DNA of 64,000 nt from Balanoglossus misakiensis (taxonomy: Eukaryota > Animalia > Hemichordata). The stretch lies in the NCBI GenBank assembly GCA_040954595.2, contig CM082581.2, forward strand, positions 10,973,099 through 11,037,098. The letters are read 5' to 3'. Of the stretch, positions 56,601 to 64,000 are shown in pieces (the first letter of the stretch is position 1; each line of letters begins with the position of its first letter). The translations under genes and the position numbers were made by a program. The notes under the pieces were generated by a model. It had not been told where the DNA came from and did not search any database. It worked only from the letters and a program-made list of their open reading frames with translations.

Positions 56601-57615
56601 CAGCAACCAGACGCGCCTCCTTGTATTTCCTGTTGGCTGGGACGACCAGCAAGACAGACTTGCAGCCGGCTTTTAGGGCCCTGAACAAAAAATAAACCAG
56701 ACAAGATACATACATCGGAACAGTGAACAAACCAAGTTAGACAGCAGAGACATTTAGCATCCTTATAAGAAAGAAATCGCTGTACATTGGGACTCTAAAA
56801 CAGACCTTTTCATGCCTTTGCCGGCCGCATCTCCGAACCGCCTCACGTCGTCGTAATCCCGGTTCAAAGGACCAGTAGGAGCATACACCACTCTCTTAGC
56901 GGCATGGTCGCCAAGCGACGCCAGAACAACATCCTTTTCCACAGTGTCATCGATCTTGGGAAAAAAGAGGAGAAAGCATCCCCTTTAAATCATATCATTA
57001 TCACCACATAATTCTAAACCGATTGATGGAACATGTTCTTGAAAAAATAATCTGGGCTACCTCTCTAAGGTCCTCCAAAGGCTTCTTTAGGAATGCAAGA
57101 GTTCCATCCAGTTTTTTCAGCTTATCTGTGACGAGAAGTATGCCATCCCATAATGCCTCAGTGCATTTGGTGGTACCCACAATGCTACACGGTATCCTGG
57201 AACAAAACAAATAATATGACGTTGGCTCCACAGAAAAAAAATAATTAAGCCAAAACTTGTGATATGATGTGTGTACATTTCACAGACAGACAGCTGTCAT
57301 CCCCTGATGTTATCAACCAGTGAGGCATTGATGATGTAGATAGATTACACTGCATGTACATGTTGTGTATCTATGAATGACCACTGTATATTTGCAACTA
57401 CATGTACACGAACCACAGGTATTGGTAGTGCTGGGTTAACAACTGCTTTACGATTGTATACCTGTCCAGTTTGCAAGCATACAAACAAGTACATGTACAG
57501 GTACATGTGTTGGCAAATGCAGTGCTTGGAGTTACCACAAGTCAGTGGATGATGTTAACGACCCCTGATCTCAAACGATAAACTTTAGCTCACGTGTACA
57601 GTATGGTACTTACAT
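53640..57615 (-). CDS. M17 family leucyl aminopeptidase (W07G4.4-like), paralog A, 15 exons, ~513 aa
   Basis: Exons 57615-57614 (AT), 57196-57061, 56954-56806, 56680-56572, 56411-56287, 56186-56087, 55911-55750, 55503-55439, 55269-55154, 54987-54869, 54731-54648, 54527-54470, 54276-54227, 54127-53996 and 53774-53640 sum to 1542 nt, in frame. Motifs VGKGVTYDTGGADIK, MHRDKCG, GNTDAEGR and HLDIAG are present. Intron positions are identical to paralog B. An alternative first exon at 60712-60702 is possible. Confidence 0.92.
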
Positions 57616-57699
57616 GTCTACTGAAGAAGAAAGGTTGATGGTGGTGTTAATGTGGTTTGAGACTGAGAGTTCAAAAGCAGCAAATGTCTTGGACTTCAG

Positions 57700-57746
57700 C
57701 AGATGAAGAATTACATTCGGACTGTGAAGCACATCTCTTTAAATAT
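57700..57746 (-). promoter_or_regulatory. Putative TATA-containing core promoter of aminopeptidase paralog A
   Basis: TATTTAAA at 57745-57738 on the minus strand, ~125 nt upstream of the AT|GTAAGTAC donor at 57614/57613. Confidence 0.45.
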
Positions 57747-58058
57747 GGTTTGTGGGCGTGTTTAAGTGTTTAAACCACGAATTGATGTCTTTATCACAGT
57801 TTCGTATCAATTTCATTGTGATAAAAGGTTAATGATTTGCAGCAGGGGTACACTGTAGATAAGCACCGGCCAAACAATTTATCTTTCTCACATGTAATCC
57901 CCAAAAGTTAAATTTACTTTACTTTGAAGTAAAGACAGTACTGCTGTGTTGAACCCTTCAACCTTTGAACCGTAAATGATACCTAAATTTTCATAAAGTA
58001 CTACAGTGTGTGTATACTCAAAACATAACTTGTGTTGGCAAGTTGCTTTTTTTGTGGT

Positions 58059-60551
58059 TCAGTGGTGTATTATATGGCCATAGAGGGCAGTGGTCAGGGC
58101 ACACTGCTTTTCAGTACATGAATTTAAATGACGTTTTACTAACTTTGCATTGATTTGTGTTGAAGGTACTCTTCTGTGATGTCTCAAAGTGCGTGGGCTA
58201 GAGTCTGCACGAGAAACGCTGTCTGTCCCTTGACATCTGGACAGCTGGACAACTGGTTGGGTCTGGCAGTCGGTCGCTTTCACTTCCTGGACAGCTCTTG
58301 CGGCATTTATTAATTTCAAATCACTGGACACCCGTTGGACCGCCGACAAGCGCCAGCCAACCTTCTCTGCTATCTGTCTGTCCGGAATTCCTTTCCTCAG
58401 CATGGCCACAACCTGGTAACGCATTGGGGGCGGCGAGGCCTCGCTTCTCCCTGTCTTCTCCAACGGTGGGTCCCGACTCTGTACACTTGAACTTCTGGTG
58501 ACTGGATTTGCTTCGTCACTGTCTTCCTCCTCCTCCTCTTTCTGTACTCGTGGAGACCGCGTGGATCTGGCGGTCCTGTTTCCGGTTGGCACTGCATCTT
58601 GCTCTTTCTTCTTTTTGTGACTCTCAACAGGGATATCTCTCTTTGCCGGCCTCTTCCTGGGACTGGGCGTGGACTCCTCTCTTGTTGGTGGCAGTAAACC
58701 CTCCGTCTTGTTCGGAGTGCGTATCCCAGAGGTGGAGGGTTGGGGGACTCCTTGTCCCGTCTCTGTTGCCGCAGCCCTCTCCGTTCTGGCTTTGAGACGC
58801 CCTGCCCTGCTTTCTCTCTGAATTTTAGTTTTGGCCGCCGAGTATCTCTGCTTCCACTTCACAATCATACCCCGTGTGTAGCCTGTCTCCTTTCTAATAA
58901 ACGTGTAGGACTCCCCTTCCTGAAGCAGTGTCAGTGCGTGAACTTTCCTGTTTATTGTTGCTTGGGAATCGTATGGGAATAAGGACGAGACAATTGTCCG
59001 CACGGCTGCATCATCATCACCACTCTCGGACGGTGAAGGAGTCTCAGCATCACTGTCGCTGACACTCACTTGTTTCCATCGCACGGACTTGGATGCCATC
59101 CTGTCTGATGCCGTTCTGTGGGCTAACTGCCTGGTCTCTTGTGGAGAGCGGATTTTCTTAGGTGGAATCTTGCCGGGCTGACCCTCGCCACCTGGGGGAG
59201 GTGGTTCTATTCTTTTACGCTTTCTCAGCCTTGCACTCGGTGTGTCATGATCAGTGTCACGTCCCTTTTCGGCGTCACTCGCACTGTTCGACTGACTTGT
59301 TTCTCCCGCGTCGCCGTCACTGGGAGGCTCGTCTGCCACACTGGCATTGCCGCCGCTGTTCTGCTTAGTAGTTCCTTCTATTGTCCATGACCTCTTGCCT
59401 CCCAAAATGCGCTTCAGGGCATTTTGCTTGGCTCTCTCATTTGCGACTCGCCGCGACGAAGGAATGCGCGCCCTTGAAGTTTTCGGGACTTCGATAAGGA
59501 GACCGGACATTGGCAAACTGCTTGCTGACAGTGACGGCTGATCAGTGCTGGTGGTACTCTCTTCGCTGCTACTAGCGCTCTGTCCCCCAGCCTCCTCAGG
59601 AGATATTTCTGTAGTGGCAGACGCGCCAATTCCAGTATCTTGAGACATATTGGTTTCTTCAGTATCTGCCATGTGGGTGTCTTCAGGAACAGTGGAAGAT
59701 GTTGTTTGAAGTGCATAGTCATCACAGCCTACGGTTGCCTTGGTGGGAATAGCGGCTTCTTTGTTGTGAACAGATGAGGTGGCAGATGCAGGGATTTCAG
59801 GGGCATCACTGCCCCCATCTATTGTTGGTTCATGTATCTGTGCAGCATCCGCATTAACATTTACATCTTGGGCATCCACCGTGTGCCCATCCTCGACTGA
59901 TGCTGCCTCAGAAATGCATGTCTCAGTGGACACTGCTTCTTTCTCAGTATTTCGCTCCAAGTCCAAATTTCTGTCGACAGTGTGTGTTTCCATGGCTACT
60001 GGCTCTTCAGCAGTAAGTGTGGCAGTGTTGTCAAAATCTGCAACATCATGCGTTACAATGTCTTCTGATGCTGCCTCAGGAATACATGTCTCAGTGGACA
60101 CTGCTTCTTTCTCAGTATTTCGCTCCAAGTCCACGTTTCTATCGGCAGTGTGTGTTTCCATGGCTACTGGTTCTTCAGCAGTGGGCGTGGCAGTGTTGAC
60201 ACTGTTGTCAAAATTAGCAACAGGGGTTGCAATGTCTTCTGAATTATCACAGGCAGCGTCACTGCCGACTTTTTCCTCGGCCGCAGATTCCCTCTCTTTA
60301 TACGTACTCGAATCACACGTTTGTTCATACCTTGGCAACTGGTCGCTGCCATAGTCTTCGCGATCATCGTCGGTCTTTCCGTCGTTTGGGTCCGTATCCC
60401 TGCCTTGTAGGGCTCTACCTATTTCATCCGCTGCTTGCCCTTCTGCAATTAAGCTCCCATTTTGAGTAGCTGGCTCACCGCATTTGTCTGGAGTTTCATC
60501 GTCGGAGACAACACCAATCACGCCGACCTCATCAGACTTGGGGGTAGCCAT
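58059..60551 (-). CDS. Uncharacterised intronless 830-aa protein: acidic disordered N-half, basic NLS-like patches, two helix-turn-helix motifs resembling Tc1/IS630/paired-type DNA-binding domains
   Basis: 2493-nt uninterrupted ORF with good start context (AAAATGG). HTH-like segments are NRKVHALTLLQEGESYTFIRKETGYTRGMIVKWKQRY (58952-58842) and MRYQVVAMLRKGIPDRQIAEKVGWRLSAVQRV (58424-58329). Basic patches are RLRKRKR, PRKRPAKR and HKKKK. Confidence 0.8.
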   Translation of the reverse strand: MATPKSDEVGVIGVVSDDETPDKCGEPATQNGSLIAEGQAADEIGRALQGRDTDPNDGKTDDDREDYGSDQLPRYEQTCDSSTYKERESAAEEKVGSDAACDNSEDIATPVANFDNSVNTATPTAEEPVAMETHTADRNVDLERNTEKEAVSTETCIPEAASEDIVTHDVADFDNTATLTAEEPVAMETHTVDRNLDLERNTEKEAVSTETCISEAASVEDGHTVDAQDVNVNADAAQIHEPTIDGGSDAPEIPASATSSVHNKEAAIPTKATVGCDDYALQTTSSTVPEDTHMADTEETNMSQDTGIGASATTEISPEEAGGQSASSSEESTTSTDQPSLSASSLPMSGLLIEVPKTSRARIPSSRRVANERAKQNALKRILGGKRSWTIEGTTKQNSGGNASVADEPPSDGDAGETSQSNSASDAEKGRDTDHDTPSARLRKRKRIEPPPPGGEGQPGKIPPKKIRSPQETRQLAHRTASDRMASKSVRWKQVSVSDSDAETPSPSESGDDDAAVRTIVSSLFPYDSQATINRKVHALTLLQEGESYTFIRKETGYTRGMIVKWKQRYSAAKTKIQRESRAGRLKARTERAAATETGQGVPQPSTSGIRTPNKTEGLLPPTREESTPSPRKRPAKRDIPVESHKKKKEQDAVPTGNRTARSTRSPRVQKEEEEEDSDEANPVTRSSSVQSRDPPLEKTGRSEASPPPMRYQVVAMLRKGIPDRQIAEKVGWRLSAVQRVSSDLKLINAARAVQEVKATDCQTQPVVQLSRCQGTDSVSRADSSPRTLRHHRRVPSTQINAKLVKRHLNSCTEKQCALTTALYGHIIHH
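59897..60222. repeat. In-frame tandem duplication (168-bp period, 56 aa) inside the 830-aa ORF
   Basis: TAEEPVAMETHT(A/V)DRN(V/L)DLERNTEKEAVSTETCI(P/S)EAAS occurs twice. The nucleotide copies begin at 59897 and 60065 and are nearly identical. Confidence 0.92.
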
Positions 60552-61116
60552 TTTAAAACTGAGCGCCCTCTATATCGTTGTTTGTGTTCCAACCATAATT
60601 ATCAGTGATTAATAGGCTTTGCTGATTAACCTTTCACGTGTATGTGGTTTGCGTTACATTTTATTCGGGATTATAATTATTATCACAGTAATAACACTTA
60701 CCTGAGCGCCATACCGACCACAGCACATGAACAAAATTGTCAGGTGACCACACAGTTGCAGTCATATGACCTGACTGAGATTTACATAGCCAAACCAGGA
60801 GAATACAATTAGTATACCGTTAGACGTGAATGCACGAAAAAAAAGTCATTCATCAGGGCTTTTGACGGTAACTGACGACCTATGCGGGTTTCATTTATTG
60901 TAACATACAAAGTAACTGCGCACTCTGACTGCACTGTCATTGAAATATTAAAATAACCCTAGTATATAGTTGAGTTCTAAACAAGCCTTTGGGTCTTTGC
61001 GAAACATAAAAAAATATTGATGAGGCCGTCGGGTGAGCCGGGTAGTAAAGTTCAAAGGTTAAATTCAAACAATCACATTGAAAAGTAATTTGTAGTGGTT
61101 TTCGTTGTCATTCTGA
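60552..61116. promoter_or_regulatory. Likely bidirectional promoter region between the 830-aa ORF (or aminopeptidase upstream exon) and FAHD2A
   Basis: Divergent start codons at 60551 (or 60712) and 61117 are only ~0.4-0.57 kb apart. Confidence 0.55.
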
Positions 61117-63848
61117 ATGCTGCTCCGTCTTCATCGACTTGCATTGTTTGGGGACAAGGGTAGCTGGTTGAACAAAGCTATTTTCAGTCCGTCGCCTGCC
61201 CAGATTAGACATTTTAAATCGAGCAGTGTTTTCGGGATGCGCCTTGTACAGTTTACTGAGAAGGTGGGGGGCGTGTTCGCCCGAGTTGGCGTCGAGTTGT
61301 GTGACGGTGGTGATGTTGTTGATCTATCTGCGTGCGACAACACCGTTCCAGATGACATGGTGAGCTTTCTAAATGGCGGGGAAGCTCTGATCGAGACAGC
61401 CAAAAAGTAAGAAATATGTTATTTATATTGACTATTACGCCCGATGAGCAGTTACCTTGCTAGGATTAGGATTTTAACCAAATCGTATACATTCACTTAT
61501 GCAACAAGAACAAAGTATGGGCTGATTGGGCTACCACTTTTGTTTCACATATAAACAGATTATAATTTATGCTGACCATTAATCTTGCAAGGTCACTTGT
61601 ACAATGTCACCATGGTATGCCTTTTGTAACAGATGGCGAGTGGCCTCAAAGTCATTCAAAAATTAGTTTTATTTCATTGGCAGTGACCATGATGTATTAA
61701 ATGTAATTATTGCAAAAAATGGTAATGACTATACTTCTATCACCCTGCTTTCTCTGTACTTCAAGTCTCACTTTCTATTGATGGGAGGGGGGGGGGGTCA
61801 TGATGTCATTTGTTTCAAGGTTAGATAGTTGAATCTGCTTGTTTCTTTTCAGGGCTGTGAAATCACAAAAGAATGTGATCCCAAGAGATCAGATCCGGTT
61901 GAAAGCACCTATCACAAGGCCGGACAAAGTGTTGTGCGTCGGCAACAACTACCGAGACCACTGCGCCGAACAGGGGGTGCCTGTCCCCACAGAACCTGTC
62001 ATCTTCAGTAAGTTTGCCAGCTCCATTATTGGGCCCGGAGATGATATCGTCTATCCGGATGTTTCCAACACCCTCGACTGGGAAGTGGAACTGGTCATTG
62101 TCATAGGCAAAGCCGGGAAGAACATTAAGGTAAGGGACAAATTGTTTGATATTTTGAGGGGGAGGTGGGGGGGGGGTAACTGGAGTATTCATGAAGCCAT
62201 AAATTGAATCAATGTTTATTTTTTGCAGGAATCTGATGCAATGGGACATGTTTTTGGTTACACGGTCGGACACGATGTCAGCGCACGAGAGTGGCAGTTG
62301 CATAAAAATGGTGGACAATATTTACTAGGGAAAAGCATGGATACATTCTGCCCCATTGGACCAGCTATTGTTACCAAAGATGAACTTACCGGTAAAAGTT
62401 TGAAGTCACTCCTTTATTTCTCAGGCATTCTTTTGTTTTGTCTGACCAGTAAATGATGATGATTGGTGGCAGTGTTGGAAATGACGATGACGATGATGAT
62501 GATGGTGATGGTGATGGTGATGATGTACCAGTACATCTTTGAGTAATTATGGCTTTTGCACTATTTTATTTTCAGAGCCACACAACCTTGGCTTGCGATG
62601 TCGGGTGAATGGTCAAACAATGCAAGACAGCAAAACAGATCAGCTGGTGTTTAACACTGAGGCTATAGTGTCATTTATTTCCAAGTAAGTTATAGCAGTC
62701 AGAAAAACCATATACGAAAACATCCATGCTCGGCCATTAAACCTGTATACCAAAGATAGGACAGTGCTTTCAATTTTACGACTGTACATCCTGAAAATAA
62801 CCATGTCCCTATAACAAAATTAATGGTCCCGCATGTGTCTATTGTACAAATTGCCTCCACAATGTCCCGGGGGCATGATCCCTAGATATATATATATACT
62901 GGCATTCTTTTGTTGTCGTTCACTTATTTACTTGTATTTAATTCAATTCAACCATACGATGTTTGACAGTGTTATTCAAATCACCAGTTGTATACTCTGA
63001 GTTGAGTTTTCCAATAGCCATATACAATATACACGCAAAAAAGTAGGTGAAAAACATCTCCTCCCCCCCTGTACATTTTAGAGTTAAAGAGGACAAGCTG
63101 ACCCCATGTTAGTGTGCAGTGAAGCAAACCATAGGAGTTCAGCATTGTTTGTTGGACCATCCTTGGAACAGAGCCAATGTGTTCTTTCTGAAGGACCAAG
63201 ATGTTGAATGTTCTTATCAATTGTCTAGAGCCTTAATTGCTTCTTTGGGAATACTTGATATTGAGTATGTGTGTGAGTAAGTCTGTCTGTCTGTCCGTCC
63301 GTCCGTCCGTGCGTCCGTCCATCTGTCTCACTGTCAGCTTCATACCAGACAGCTGTCATAATTCCAAACAAGTAAACAGAGGGATTAGGAAAATATGTAC
63401 CAAACAAAATCAATCATATCCATCTGTTAACTCTCAAATTAATCTACCGTAAACATTTATGGAAGCATCATCGCCATTGAAACCATTTTTTATATCGTTA
63501 TAGGTTTGTCACGTTACTTCCTGGAGACATTATATTGACAGGCACTCCTCCTGGTGTTGGAGTCTTCAAGAAACCTGACCCCATATACCTCAAGGTAAGG
63601 GGTGGATCATTTGATATCCGGGGGAGGGGGGGGGGGTTAAGTAATTTTGAAAAAAAATGTTAACAGTCGGCTGTGAAAAAGAACAAACACAGGCGACACA
63701 AATACTGAAAAATCTCTATAACATGCAGTGTTTCGGGTTTTAATCTCTTACTTTCATCATGATTCTGTTTTATTTTTTTTTGCAGAGAGGGGACATTGTT
63801 GAGTGCGAGATAGACGGTATAGGAACTATCACTAATAAAGTTGTTTGA
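61117..63848 (+). CDS. FAHD2A: Fumarylacetoacetate hydrolase domain-containing protein 2, 6 exons, ~330 aa, with probable mitochondrial presequence
   Basis: Exons 61117-61406, 61853-62129, 62229-62391, 62576-62684, 63504-63594 and 63786-63848 sum to 993 nt, in frame. Motifs [76 protein letters not shown] and [17 protein letters not shown] are present. The first 40 residues are basic and nearly free of acidic residues. Confidence 0.95.
62481..62525. repeat. (GAT/GAC/GGT)n trinucleotide microsatellite in a FAHD2A intron
   Basis: Directly visible: atgacgatgacgatgatgatgatggtgatggtgatggtgatgatg. Confidence 0.85.
63281..63326. repeat. (GTCT)n(GTCC)n microsatellite in a FAHD2A intron
   Basis: Directly visible: gtctgtctgtctgtccgtccgtccgtccgtgcgtccgtcc. 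Confidence 0.85.
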
Positions 63849-64000
63849 ATTCCTGTGATCAAGTTGACAAAATAGAAACGGATGCAGAGATGCGATGGAT
63901 ATGAACAAAAAAAAATAGTAATATCCAGGACATAATTTCAAGTAATAGTTATAACTTAAAAGAAAGGCTGAATGCTTTGTTTTGTTTGTTTATGTTTGTT

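Noticed and set aside
59779-60354. 191-aa antisense ORF with internal repeat
   Set aside because: Mirror of the duplicated region in the 830-aa ORF.

Overview
Eukaryotic (intron-rich, animal, probably invertebrate) genomic DNA. No prokaryotic features such as operons, CRISPR or rRNA/tRNA genes are evident. Five spliced genes could be rebuilt by hand with GT-AG boundaries and continuous reading frames: CIAO1 (minus, 749-2425); a two-exon biogenic-amine GPCR split by a ~24 kb intron (plus, 16436-41634); two tandem M17 leucyl-aminopeptidase paralogs (minus, 45248-51262 and 53640-57615); and FAHD2A (plus, 61117-63848). There is also an intronless 830-aa ORF (minus, 58059-60551) with two transposase-like helix-turn-helix motifs and no visible catalytic domain. 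The most notable observations are: (1) this apparently transposon-derived nuclear protein, lying head-to-head with FAHD2A and possibly nested in an alternative first intron of the aminopeptidase; (2) an ATG start codon split by an intron (AT|G) in both aminopeptidase paralogs; (3) a receptor with NRY instead of DRY and Asp at the conserved Tyr5.58, mixing 5-HT2-like and catecholamine-receptor-like features. Most other short ORFs in the track are spurious. All assignments come from reading the sequence and recalled family motifs; no database search was run.
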